NCBI RefSeq assembly: GCF_028368995.1
Contig: NZ_JAQNDL010000001.1
Coordinates: forward strand, 288,001 to 352,000
DNA: 64,000 nt
Reading direction: 5' to 3'
DNA from: Nannocystis bainbridge
GTDB taxonomy: Bacteria > Myxococcota_A > Polyangia > Nannocystales > Nannocystaceae
Made by a program: the position numbers and the translations under genes
Shown: positions 10,187 through 19,803 of the stretch, in pieces
Layout of the letters: the number at the start of each line of letters is the position of its first letter
Position numbering within the stretch: the first letter of the stretch is position 1
The notes under the pieces: generated by a model
What the model was told of the DNA's origin: nothing
The model's input: the letters and a program-made list of their open reading frames with translations, nothing else
The model's database searches: none

Positions 10187-11500
10187 TCACGGCGAGTCGT
10201 CGACCTCCATCCGCCCCGTCCACGGGCCCCCGTCGTCCGCGGGCACGGTCACCTGCCCGCGTTGCGAACGCAGCCCGCGCACCCGCACCCCGAGCGTGTA
10301 GGTCCCCGGCAACACCGCGGCCGCGCCGATGGTGCCCTCCTCGTCCGTGCGCGCGCCGGCGAAGGGCCCGCCGTCGACCACCGCCCCGACCACGGGCAGG
10401 TCGCTGCCGCGTCGTATCACCGCCACGGTCACCGCGCGGCCGAGCGCCGGCACGCTCCCGACCAGCGTCACCGCCTCTCCGGCCACGTGTCCGGCCGAGA
10501 CCGCCAGCTCGACCCCGTCCTGGACCACGCGCAGGTCGTAGCTGCCCTCGCCGAGCTCCGCGAGGCTGAACTGCCCGGCCTCGACCCGCGCCTGGTGAAC
10601 CTCGTAGCCTCGCGCCTGCGCCCGCGCCAACACACGCGCGCGCGCGTAGGCCCGACCCTCGGCGTCGGTCACCGTGCCCTGCAGCGGCGTCAGCGGCGGC
10701 GCCAGCACCAATTGCCAGCCGTCCTCGTCGTCGACCGACACCTCCTTCTCGGTCGCGCGGAAGCCCGGCGCCCGGGCGATGAGCATCAGGGACGCGTAGG
10801 TCGGCACGTCGCGGGCGTCGCCCGGCTCGCAGCGCCCGCTGGCCTCGCCGCACGGGTCGCACGGCGGCTTCTCGACCCGCGCGAAGCTGAAGAAGCCCTC
10901 GCCGTCGCTGACCGTGTTGCGCGAGGTGAACGGCGGCAGCGCGCCCGGATCGTCGTCGGCCCCGCGGCGGACCCAGATCTGCGCCCCCGCGACCGCCCGG
11001 CCCTCGCCGTCGCTGACCGAACCAACCACCCGGCCCAGCGATTGCGCGACCAGCGTCACCGGCGCCCGGTTCGGCTCGAGCACCCACGGATCGCGCGGCA
11101 CCATCGTCGGGTGCCGCAGCTCGGCGCAGACGATGCCGCGGCAGCCCGGCCCGCTGAAATCGCCCTCGGCCCCGAGCTCCACCACCCCGCCGTCGATCGG
11201 CGCGCTGCGGCCCGTCCCGCCGGCCAGGCAGTGCAAGATGATCCGCCCGTCGCTGACGGGGCTGCCGTCGCGGTCGACGATCCGCCCCTGCACGACCCCT
11301 CGCCCGCTGCGATCGACGTCCGCACGGCGCGCCACCCCCTGCGTCGGCGCACCGACCTCGACCGCCGCCGTCACCTGCGTCGCCGTCGGCTTGTTCTTGC
11401 GCGCCCCCGGGCGAGCGGTCGACCGCGCGCCGGTCCCGAGCCAGACGGCCAGCGCCGCCAGCAACGCCAGCAGCGCGGCCACCACCGCCGCTCGCCTCAT
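10187..11500 (-). CDS. Secreted/anchored protein with repeated carboxypeptidase-regulatory-like (transthyretin-fold) domains
   Basis: N-terminal hydrophobic segment; repeated G-x-V-x-D-x-x-G-x-P/A-V motifs and TDEEG...PGTY; ATG overlaps the upstream stop. Confidence 0.75.
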   Translation of the reverse strand: MRRAAVVAALLALLAALAVWLGTGARSTARPGARKNKPTATQVTAAVEVGAPTQGVARRADVDRSGRGVVQGRIVDRDGSPVSDGRIILHCLAGGTGRSAPIDGGVVELGAEGDFSGPGCRGIVCAELRHPTMVPRDPWVLEPNRAPVTLVAQSLGRVVGSVSDGEGRAVAGAQIWVRRGADDDPGALPPFTSRNTVSDGEGFFSFARVEKPPCDPCGEASGRCEPGDARDVPTYASLMLIARAPGFRATEKEVSVDDEDGWQLVLAPPLTPLQGTVTDAEGRAYARARVLARAQARGYEVHQARVEAGQFSLAELGEGSYDLRVVQDGVELAVSAGHVAGEAVTLVGSVPALGRAVTVAVIRRGSDLPVVGAVVDGGPFAGARTDEEGTIGAAAVLPGTYTLGVRVRGLRSQRGQVTVPADDGGPWTGRMEVDDSP

Positions 11501-13299
11501 GAAGCCGAACCCAGCCAGGGTCGCATCATCGCCTCGATCTGCGCGTGCGCGTCGGCCAGCACCGCCTCGACCACCGCGTCGATCTGCGACACCAGCGCCG
11601 GCAGAGCCGCCGGCTCGATCCCCGGCGCGCTGCGAGCGAGCCCGTAGATCTTCAGCTTCGGCTCCGTACCGCTCGGGCGCAGCACCAGCCGGCATTTCTT
11701 ACCGCCCTCGCCCTCGAGCTCGAGGCTCAGCACGTCGCCCGGCAGATCGCGCGTCGGCGATCCGGTGCCGCGCGGCCGCAGCCGATCCTCGAAGTGACGC
11801 GTGGTGAGCCCGGCGAAGCCCGCGGGCGGCGACGTCCGCCACGCCTGCATCAGCGCCGCGATCGCCTGCCGCCCGGCCAGGCCCGGCGCCATGTAGTTGA
11901 GCGTCTTCTCGCGGTGGTAGCCGAAGCGGCACCAGATCGCGTCGAGCGAGTCGAGCAGCGTCTCGCCGCGCAGCTTGGCCAGCGCCGCCGCCTCGGCCAG
12001 CAGCAGCGCCGCGATCGAACCATCCTTGTCGCGGATCTCGTCGCCGCGCAGGTACCCGTGGCTCTCCTCGCAGGCGAACACGACCGTGCGATCGGGGTGC
12101 TCCGCCGCCATGCCCGCGTGGTGCTTGAAGCCGACCAGCAGATCGTCGACCGCCGTCAGCCCGCGGGCCGCGGCCATCGTCGCGATCAGCGGCGTCGTCA
12201 CCAGCGTCGTCAGCACCCACCCGTCTTCGTCGAGCGTCGCGTTGGCGAGCACGTGATCGAGCATCAGCACCCCGAGGCGGTTGCCGTCGAGGGCCACGAA
12301 CTTGCCGTCGCGCCCGCGCACGCACGCGCCCAGGCGGTCGGCGTCGGGGTCGGTGGCCAGGACCAGGTCGGCACCTGTCTCTTCGGCCAGCTCAATCGCC
12401 ATCGCCATCGACTCCGGCGCCTCGGGGTTGGCCGAGCGGACCGTCGAGAACCTGCCGCCGTCGGGATCGCACTGGCGCTCGACCGGCAGCACCTCGATCT
12501 TCCGCGCGCGCAGGGCCGGCAGCACGCTGGTGTGACCGACCCCGTGCAGCGGGGTGAAGGCCACCTTCAGCCCCGCGGCCGACAGGTCCGCCGGCGCCAC
12601 GCCTTGCGCCAGCACGTACGCGTGGTACGCCGGGTCCGCCTCGGTCGCCACGCGCTCGGGCGGCAGCACGTGGATCAACTTGCGCTGCTCCTCTTGCAGC
12701 CCCGGGAGCTCCTGCACCGCCAGGATCGCGCGCATCAGCGCCGCGTCGCGCTCGCCCAGCACCTGCGCGCCGTCAGGCCCGTAGATCTTGATGCCGTTGT
12801 CCTCCGGCGGGTTGTGGCTGGCGCTGATGACCACACCGGCCCCGCAGCCGAGCCGACGCACCAGGAACGACAGCTCGGGCGTCGGCCGCGGTGCGTCGAT
12901 CAGAACCACTGTCACGCCGCCGGCGGCGCACTGCTCGGCCACCGCGTAGGCGAAGTCCCGCGAGTGCGTGCGCGTGTCGTAGACCACGGCCACCTGGGGC
13001 GTGTCGCCGGCCGCGCGCATGGCCTCCACCAGCCCCTGAGCTGTTTCGCGCACCACTACCTTATTAAAGCGGTTGGGACCGGGCCCGACCTTGCCGCGGC
13101 GCCCGCCGGTGCCGATCGGCAGCACCTGCGAATAGGCGTCGAGGATCTCCGCCACCGCCACGGCCGACCCCGCTTCGGCGGCGGCGACCAGCGCCTGCAG
13201 CGCCTCGCGCTCGGGGGTGAATCGGGGCTCGGCGAGCCAGTGGGACAGGGTGCGCTCGACATCGGCGGGGAGGCGGAGGGCGCTCAGGCTCGGGGTCAC
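11497..13299 (-). CDS. Phosphoglucomutase/phosphomannomutase family protein
   Basis: GTGGRRG, ISASHNPP (phospho-Ser loop), DPDADR (metal loop), EESHG, RPSGTEPKLK. Confidence 0.95.
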   Translation of the reverse strand: MTPSLSALRLPADVERTLSHWLAEPRFTPEREALQALVAAAEAGSAVAVAEILDAYSQVLPIGTGGRRGKVGPGPNRFNKVVVRETAQGLVEAMRAAGDTPQVAVVYDTRTHSRDFAYAVAEQCAAGGVTVVLIDAPRPTPELSFLVRRLGCGAGVVISASHNPPEDNGIKIYGPDGAQVLGERDAALMRAILAVQELPGLQEEQRKLIHVLPPERVATEADPAYHAYVLAQGVAPADLSAAGLKVAFTPLHGVGHTSVLPALRARKIEVLPVERQCDPDGGRFSTVRSANPEAPESMAMAIELAEETGADLVLATDPDADRLGACVRGRDGKFVALDGNRLGVLMLDHVLANATLDEDGWVLTTLVTTPLIATMAAARGLTAVDDLLVGFKHHAGMAAEHPDRTVVFACEESHGYLRGDEIRDKDGSIAALLLAEAAALAKLRGETLLDSLDAIWCRFGYHREKTLNYMAPGLAGRQAIAALMQAWRTSPPAGFAGLTTRHFEDRLRPRGTGSPTRDLPGDVLSLELEGEGGKKCRLVLRPSGTEPKLKIYGLARSAPGIEPAALPALVSQIDAVVEAVLADAHAQIEAMMRPWLGSAS

Positions 13300-13413
13300 G
13301 GGCGGATCTTACCTCAGCGACATGCACGCCAGTGAAATCATCTGCGCCGCGCCTACGTTTTGTGGAACACTCAAAGGCTGCCGGTTGTCCGGGCCAGCAC
13401 GTAAGGCGGGTTT

Positions 13414-15765
13414 ATGGCGAACCAGGATCCTCGTACTCCTTCACGACCGACTGGGGCCCAGAGCCCGACGCGGTCCCTCTCCCAACGACTTCGTCCCTTC
13501 CTCCGCCGCGACCTCCGGTCGCGCACCGCCTCGGCCCTGGTCGCCGCGACCCTGATCAGCGGCCTGACATGGCTAGGGACCTCCGCGCTGACGCGCATGG
13601 ACAGCCCCGCCGCTCAGGACGTGCGCGTCGCCGTCGGCCTCGAGGACGCCTGGGCCGTGTGCGACGGCCCGCAGATGCCGCGCTGCAGCTTCGACGACCG
13701 CGAGCAGGCCGTCGTCGACCGCGAGTTCGCCGCGCAGCAGCGCGTGCGGATCGCCGTGCTCACCGAGCTGCGCGCCCGCGTCGACCAGGCCGTGCGCAAC
13801 CTCGACCGCGCCCAGTCGATCCTCAAGCGCGAGACCGTCGACCTGCGCGGCGACCTCCTCGGCGGGCGCAGCGACCTCCACGAGCTCCTGCTCTCGACCG
13901 TCGACCTCCGCCCGCTGACCACGCGTGACGAGGACCTGGCCCGCACCGCTGCGATCCAGGCCGCCGCCTTCGCGGTCGACGTCGACAACGGCAAGCTCGG
14001 CGAGCCCGCCGGTCCGCTGCTGCGCGAGATCGACGGCCAGCGCCGCCAGCTCGTCGCGCTCGGCGCCCGCATCGATCGCCTCGAGCGGCGCGACGGCCCC
14101 GTCGCCATCGACACCAACGGCACCGATCGCCAGGCGCTGTGGGCCGACCTCTTCAACAACGATCCGTACGGCGACGGCGGCCAGCTCGCCGGCTGGGTGC
14201 TGAGCTCGGGCGGCCTGCCGCACATCTCCAACACCCTCGTCAACCTCGCCAAGGGCGACCTGCGGACCCTCGCCGAGGCCGTGTTCAACCCCAGCGCCGC
14301 GCTGTGGCAGGGCGGCCTCGTCGACCCGATCGCCGAGTTCACCGCGCTGCAGAAGCCGTCGGTCCGCTACCGTTCGCCGGTGTCCGACAACCAGCGCGGC
14401 CAGCTGATCGGCTCCGTGCTGTTCGGCTTCGCCGCCTTCATGCTCCTGTTGGTCGGCCCGGTCGTCACCGCCACGCACACCGCCCGCGAGCGCGAGGCCG
14501 GCACCTTGCCGGTCCTGCGCATGACCGGCCTGTCCGCGGGTGACCTCGCCCTCGCCATGTCGGTCGGGCCCAACGTGTTCGCCATGGTCGCCGGCGCCCT
14601 GCTGCTGCTGCCCGCCCTGGCGCTGCTCGGCCTCACCGTCGGCTTCGGCCCGCTGCTGCTCCCGCTCGGCCTCCTCGTGCTCTTCACCGGCGCCACGCAC
14701 CTCACCGCGATCGGCCTCGGCGACGCGCTCGGTCAGCGGGTCAACGCCTTGCTCGTCGGCGCCTTGATGGCCGTCGGCATCGCCGGCGCCGGCCTCTTCG
14801 GCACCGCGCTCGTCGGTGCCAACATCGCCAGCGCCGGCCTCCTCCTCGGCCCCCTGCCCACCGTGCTCGGCGCGATCCTCGGCTTCACCGGCCTGCCCGG
14901 CTCCGCCGATCTCATGACCGCCGGCGACCCCGAGCTCGGCTCCTCCTTCCTCGCCTACGCCGTCGGCACGCAGGTCATGCTCGCCACGATCTGCCTGTTC
15001 AGCTGGCGCCGCCGCGTCGAGCAGGCCTGGGCCCCGCTGTTCCGCCCGGCCGAGGGCGTCGCGCTCGCGCTCGCGTGCGTCGGCTGCTCGGGCCTCACGC
15101 TGCTCGACCTCTCGTCGCGCACCAACACCCAGACCTTCGACGGCCTCAACCTCGTCACCTTCCTCGCCAGCGCCTTCTTGCTGCCGGTGCTCGGGTGGCT
15201 GCTGGTCGCCAGCCTGCGTCGCCCGGCCCGCGCCCACGCGGTGCCGAGCCACGTCGAGGCCCGCGGCGCCTTCCTGCGCTTCCAGGGCGTGCTGGCCGTC
15301 GCCATGCTCGTGGTCGGCTTCGCCTACAGCGCGGTGATGCAGCGCAACGGCCTCGCCGGCGAGCAGAGCGAGATCATGTACGCCACGCTGACGCAGGTCC
15401 TGCTGATCGCCGAGACCGCCGTCGCCACCTTGCTGCTCGCCTCGCGCAAGCGCGACGGCAAGCTCGGCATCGCCATGATGGGCGGCGCCCTGCTGCTCCT
15501 GCAGATCGTCTTCGCCGTGCTGGTCTACCGCCTCGAGGTCGACCACGTCGCCCTCACCCACAGCGCCGGCCTGCCGTTCCTCTACGGCATGAACGCCTCG
15601 CCCTACTGGATCGCCCTCATGATCCTCACCTGGGGCGCCGGCTTCGGCCTCATCCTCACTGCCCTGCTGCGTGAGCGCGACCAGGCCCGCGCCGCCGCGG
15701 CCGACGCCGACGAGCAGGCGGACGAGGACGCCGACGACGAGCGTCGCGGCCGCTGGCTCCACTGA
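13414..15765 (+). CDS. Large ABC-2-type permease-like membrane protein with extracytoplasmic domain
   Basis: AREREAGTLPVLRMT matches the ABC-2 ExExGTL motif; large soluble loop after first TM and many C-terminal TMs. Confidence 0.65.
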   Translation: MANQDPRTPSRPTGAQSPTRSLSQRLRPFLRRDLRSRTASALVAATLISGLTWLGTSALTRMDSPAAQDVRVAVGLEDAWAVCDGPQMPRCSFDDREQAVVDREFAAQQRVRIAVLTELRARVDQAVRNLDRAQSILKRETVDLRGDLLGGRSDLHELLLSTVDLRPLTTRDEDLARTAAIQAAAFAVDVDNGKLGEPAGPLLREIDGQRRQLVALGARIDRLERRDGPVAIDTNGTDRQALWADLFNNDPYGDGGQLAGWVLSSGGLPHISNTLVNLAKGDLRTLAEAVFNPSAALWQGGLVDPIAEFTALQKPSVRYRSPVSDNQRGQLIGSVLFGFAAFMLLLVGPVVTATHTAREREAGTLPVLRMTGLSAGDLALAMSVGPNVFAMVAGALLLLPALALLGLTVGFGPLLLPLGLLVLFTGATHLTAIGLGDALGQRVNALLVGALMAVGIAGAGLFGTALVGANIASAGLLLGPLPTVLGAILGFTGLPGSADLMTAGDPELGSSFLAYAVGTQVMLATICLFSWRRRVEQAWAPLFRPAEGVALALACVGCSGLTLLDLSSRTNTQTFDGLNLVTFLASAFLLPVLGWLLVASLRRPARAHAVPSHVEARGAFLRFQGVLAVAMLVVGFAYSAVMQRNGLAGEQSEIMYATLTQVLLIAETAVATLLLASRKRDGKLGIAMMGGALLLLQIVFAVLVYRLEVDHVALTHSAGLPFLYGMNASPYWIALMILTWGAGFGLILTALLRERDQARAAAADADEQADEDADDERRGRWLH

Positions 15766-15863
15766 TCCCGCGTTCGCTTGAGTCTCGGGCGGCGGCAGGG
15801 CTATAAGGCCCGGCCTCCGCCCGGAGTCTTTTAAGAACCCCCGGACCTCTCGAGTCGCCCAAA

Positions 15864-16694
15864 ATGCCCTGGCTTTACGAGCACTACCACGACCTCTCCG
15901 CGATCGGCCTCCACGTCACCGACAAGGTCCACGAGGAGCAGAGCCCCTTCCAGCGCATCGAGGTCTACGACACCAAGGGCCACGGCCGCCTGCTCATGCT
16001 CGACGGCATGGTCATGCTGACCGAGCTCGACGAGTTCGTGTACCACGAGCTCATCAGCCACATCCCGCTGTGCATCCATCGCGACCCGCGGCGCGTGCTC
16101 GTCGTCGGCGGTGGCGACGGCGGCACCGTGCGCGAGGTGCTGCGGCACCCCGGCGTCGAGCAGGTCGTCCTGTGCGAGATCGACGAGCGAGTCACCCGCG
16201 TCTGCCAGCAGTGGATCCCCGCCGTCGCCGGGCGCCTCGAAGACCCGCGCGTCGAGCTCGTGTTCGCCGACGCCGTCGAGTACGTCCGCAACCATCCTGA
16301 CAGCTTCGACGCCATCCTCGTCGACAGCTCCGAGCCGATCGGTCCCGCCGCCGGCCTGTTCGGCGGGGCCTTCTTCGCCGACCTGCGCCGCGCCTTGCGT
16401 CCGGGCGGCATCATCAGCGCCCAGACCGAGTCGCCGTTTTACGCCGCCGACACCGTGCGCGGCGTCTTCAAGGAGCTGCGGGGCGTCTTCGCCGGCGTGC
16501 ACGCCTACTACGGCAGCATCCCCACCTACCCGAGCGGCTGCTGGACCTTCGCCCTCGCCGGTGACGACCTCCGCCTCGGCGATCTCGACGCCACCCGCCT
16601 CGCCGCCGTCGCTGGCCGCTACGTCGGCCCGAGCCTCGGCCTCGGCGCCTTCGCCTTGCCCGAGTTCGTGCGTCGCCTCGTTGAGGGCGACTGA
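15864..16694 (+). CDS. speE: Spermidine synthase (polyamine aminopropyltransferase)
   Basis: LMLDG, DEFVYHE, VVGGGDGGTVREV, CEID, DSSEP, IPTYPSGCW motifs. Confidence 0.95.
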   Translation: MPWLYEHYHDLSAIGLHVTDKVHEEQSPFQRIEVYDTKGHGRLLMLDGMVMLTELDEFVYHELISHIPLCIHRDPRRVLVVGGGDGGTVREVLRHPGVEQVVLCEIDERVTRVCQQWIPAVAGRLEDPRVELVFADAVEYVRNHPDSFDAILVDSSEPIGPAAGLFGGAFFADLRRALRPGGIISAQTESPFYAADTVRGVFKELRGVFAGVHAYYGSIPTYPSGCWTFALAGDDLRLGDLDATRLAAVAGRYVGPSLGLGAFALPEFVRRLVEGD

Positions 16695-16771
16695 CACCAG
16701 CGAAAACGGGTGATCACACACACGCAGCGCGCGCCGCATCGCTGCAGAGGCCGTCTGGTACCGTCGCCACG

Positions 16772-18175
16772 ATGGCCCCTCAAAACGCGCGCACCCGTCT
16801 TTCCTGCCTCGTCCTGACGCTGCTCCTCGTGCCTGGATCGGCACTCGCGGACGGGCCTGACGACGTCGCCGCCGCCATCCCGATCACCTCGCCGTTCCAC
16901 CAGCCGCTGGTGTTCGGCGCCGACCTCGAGCAGCCGCCGCTGCCCGCCGGCGAGTGGATCGTGTTCACCAACTTCGACGGCGCCGACATGAACTTCTGCG
17001 GCTGGGGCAACAACGACCCGCAGGACAACTGCTCGACGATCTTCGACGGTCAGGTCCTGCCGTTCGGCGGCGACGCTGGCCGGCGCGCCGCCGTCGTCCA
17101 GGTCATGCGCAACGACCTCGGCAAGTTCAACATCCACGTCACCGACGTCCGCCCGGCCAGCGGCGACTACGACATGGAGATGATCGGCGACTGGAACCCT
17201 GCTCCGGGCGGCGGCTTCGCCGGCGTCGCGCCGAGCATCGACTGCTTCAACAGCGACGGCGGCGAGGTCAGCTTCACCCTCGACTACACCAGCTCGCCGA
17301 CCGGCATCGCCAAGGCCGTGTTGCAGGAGATCGCCCACACCTGGGGCCTCGAGCACGTCGAGTCGAAGTCCGACCTGCTCTACCCGACCACCCAGAGCGT
17401 GCCTGACCCGACCTACGTCGACGAGTGCTTCCGGATCGTCCGCCTCGACGACAACAACCAGCCGGTGCCCGAGAACAACATCGAGTGTCCCAACCAGCAC
17501 TCGCAGTTCTGCAACGGCAGCACCTTCCAGAACAGCTACCAGGAGCTGATGCAGATCTTCGGGCCCGGGTCGCCCGACCTCACCGCGCCGACGATCGACA
17601 TCACTGCCCCGGCCGAGGGCGCCGAGCTCGACGGCAAGTTCGACCTCACGCTCACTGCCGCCGACAACCAGTCGCCGCAGCAGCTCACGCTCACCCTCAA
17701 GATCGACGGCCCGAGCGCCACCGAGACCGACCCGACCGCCTGGCCCAGCCCCTCCGATCTGACCTTCCCGATCTCCGGCCTCGCGCCCGGCGAGTACACC
17801 GTCACCGCCACCGTCCACGACGAGGACAAGAACGAGGCGATCGACACCGTACACTTCACCATCAAGGGCGAGCCCGTCCCCGGCACCACCGGCGAGCCCG
17901 ACACCACCGGCGAGCCTGCCACCACCACGGGCGACGACAGCACCACCGGCGAAGCCCCCGACACCACCGGCGACGCGCCGACTACGAGCGACGGCAGCGG
18001 CGACCCGACCACCGGCGTCACCAGCGCGACTGGCGGCACCGACTCGGCCACCACCGGCGACCAGAGCGGCGGCGATGACGGCTGCGCCTGCCGATCGGAC
18101 CTCGCTCCGACCTCCGGCGCGCCCGCCCTGCTGCTCCTCCTCGGCCTCGCCCGCCGTCGCCGCCCCCGCTCGTAG
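16772..18175 (+). CDS. Secreted metzincin-like (QExxHxxGxxH) protein with Ig-like domain and MYXO-CTERM signal
   Basis: Signal peptide; QEIAHTWGLEH; Thr/Gly linker; C-terminal GCAC...LLLLLGLARRRR. Confidence 0.8.
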   Translation: MAPQNARTRLSCLVLTLLLVPGSALADGPDDVAAAIPITSPFHQPLVFGADLEQPPLPAGEWIVFTNFDGADMNFCGWGNNDPQDNCSTIFDGQVLPFGGDAGRRAAVVQVMRNDLGKFNIHVTDVRPASGDYDMEMIGDWNPAPGGGFAGVAPSIDCFNSDGGEVSFTLDYTSSPTGIAKAVLQEIAHTWGLEHVESKSDLLYPTTQSVPDPTYVDECFRIVRLDDNNQPVPENNIECPNQHSQFCNGSTFQNSYQELMQIFGPGSPDLTAPTIDITAPAEGAELDGKFDLTLTAADNQSPQQLTLTLKIDGPSATETDPTAWPSPSDLTFPISGLAPGEYTVTATVHDEDKNEAIDTVHFTIKGEPVPGTTGEPDTTGEPATTTGDDSTTGEAPDTTGDAPTTSDGSGDPTTGVTSATGGTDSATTGDQSGGDDGCACRSDLAPTSGAPALLLLLGLARRRRPRS

Positions 18176-18215
18176 CCCCTGCGCCCGCGCGCCAAACCGC
18201 GTACCCTGACCGCCC

Positions 18216-19793
18216 GTGGACTTCGCCCTCGCCCCCGCCCTGCTCGCCGCGCTCGTCGGCGATCCGGGCGTGGCCGCGACCGCGGCGACCGCCGTCCGTC
18301 TACCTGTCCCGGTGGACATGTCTCAAAAGGCCAAGACCGGGACCGCCGAATCACATGTCCCCGCGGACATGTCCCAAAGCGCATCCGGAAGCCCCGCCCC
18401 CGAATCACATGTCCCCGCGGACATGTCCCCAGAAGCAGCCGGTAGAGACGCCGCCACCTCCTCACATGTCCCCGCGGACATGTCCCAAAACGCAGCCGGC
18501 AAAGCCGCCGCGCCCCCCGGCGGAGCACCTGCCCCCACGGACCTGTCCCCAAGCACAGCCGACCAGGAGACCCAGCTCGCGCTCCGCCCTCGCGCCTCCC
18601 GACCCGCCGCCGAGCCGCTGCGCCCCGGCGGCACCCCGCCGCTCGCCGCCCGCGGCCCCGACGCTCTCCCTGTCGAGCCCGGCACTCCGCACACCCTGTT
18701 CATCAACTTCGACGGCGCCGTCCTGCGGCGCGGCTGCGGCAACGACTCGCGCCACGACTGCAGCACCCTCGCCGACATGTTCGACGGCTACATCGGCCCG
18801 TTCGTCGGCACCGAGGCGCGGCGGGTCGCCATCATCGAGTCGGTGCGCAAGGACCTGCGAGAGATCGGCGTGCGCACCACCTGGCGGCGCCCGCCCGACG
18901 ATCCCGGCTACACCATGGTCCTCTACGGCGACATCGGCGCCCAGGACTTCGCCGGCATCGCCCCCTACATCGACTGCGGCAACCTGTGGGCCAACGACAC
19001 CTGCTTCGCCGGCGCCTTCAAGGGCTCCAACACCGGCGCCACCATCGTCTTGCAGGAAGCTGCGCACACCTGGGGCCTCGAGCACGTCAACAGCCCGTTC
19101 GACAACCTGCACCCGTTCGTCGAGGCGCCGACCCCGTACTTCCAGGATCAGTGCAACAAGATCGTCGCCAACACCGACCTCGTCGAGACCTCCGGCGTCT
19201 GCAACCTCGTGCACGAGATGTTCTGCGAGACCGGCTACCAGAACAGCTTCCAGGAGCTGCTCTATCTGTTCGGCCCGGCCCAGCCCGACATCACCGCCCC
19301 GACTCTGAAGCTCACCAGCCCGGCCGACGGCTCGTACCACGTGCTGCCGGTCGACCTGTCGCTCTACGGGGAGGTCGTCGACGATCTCGAGCCGCAGTTC
19401 TACGCCGTGGAGATCCAGCAAGCCGGTCAGACGCTGTTCAGCGACGAGGCGATTCGCGTCGACCTGCGGCTCAAGAACCCGCCGCCGGGCGAGTATGATC
19501 TGCTCGTCACCGTGCGCGACGAGGGCGGCAACGCCGGCAGCGATCGCGTGCGCTTCACGATCCTCCCCGAGGGCAGCGAAGACCCCGACAGCACCACCGG
19601 CGACGGCGACACCGGCAGCACCGGCGACACCGACGACACCAGCACCGGCGGCCTGTCCGAGACGCAAGGCTGCGACCTCGCCGTCGCCGCGGGAGGCCCT
19701 GCCTGGCTCCTCGGGCTCGCGCTCGTGCGTCGGCGCCGGCGATCACCCGCGGCCCGCCGCACCGCGCTGGCAACCCCGACCGCGCCGCGCTAA
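18216..19793 (+). CDS. Paralogous metzincin-like (QExxH) MYXO-CTERM protein with repeat-derived N-terminal linker
   Basis: INFDGA, FAGIAP, QEAAHTWGLEH and QNSFQEL shared with the upstream paralog; C-terminal GC...LLGLALVRRRRR. Confidence 0.8.
   Translation: MDFALAPALLAALVGDPGVAATAATAVRLPVPVDMSQKAKTGTAESHVPADMSQSASGSPAPESHVPADMSPEAAGRDAATSSHVPADMSQNAAGKAAAPPGGAPAPTDLSPSTADQETQLALRPRASRPAAEPLRPGGTPPLAARGPDALPVEPGTPHTLFINFDGAVLRRGCGNDSRHDCSTLADMFDGYIGPFVGTEARRVAIIESVRKDLREIGVRTTWRRPPDDPGYTMVLYGDIGAQDFAGIAPYIDCGNLWANDTCFAGAFKGSNTGATIVLQEAAHTWGLEHVNSPFDNLHPFVEAPTPYFQDQCNKIVANTDLVETSGVCNLVHEMFCETGYQNSFQELLYLFGPAQPDITAPTLKLTSPADGSYHVLPVDLSLYGEVVDDLEPQFYAVEIQQAGQTLFSDEAIRVDLRLKNPPPGEYDLLVTVRDEGGNAGSDRVRFTILPEGSEDPDSTTGDGDTGSTGDTDDTSTGGLSETQGCDLAVAAGGPAWLLGLALVRRRRRSPAARRTALATPTAPR
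18300..18549. repeat. In-frame tandem array of paired GGACATGTCC palindromes (3 exact copies of TCACATGTCCCCGCGGACATGTCCC plus 2 degenerate)
   Basis: Copies start at about 18300, 18351, 18405, 18462 and 18525 (spacings 51, 54, 57, 63); encodes SHVPADMS. Confidence 0.9.
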
Positions 19794-19803
19794 AGGAGAC
19801 CCC

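Noticed and set aside
18351-18549. CRISPR-like array (25-bp palindromic repeat with 29-38-bp spacers)
   Set aside because: Spacers resemble each other (AAxGCAGCCGG-like), all periods are multiples of 3 inside an ORF, only three exact copies exist, and there are no cas genes or leader
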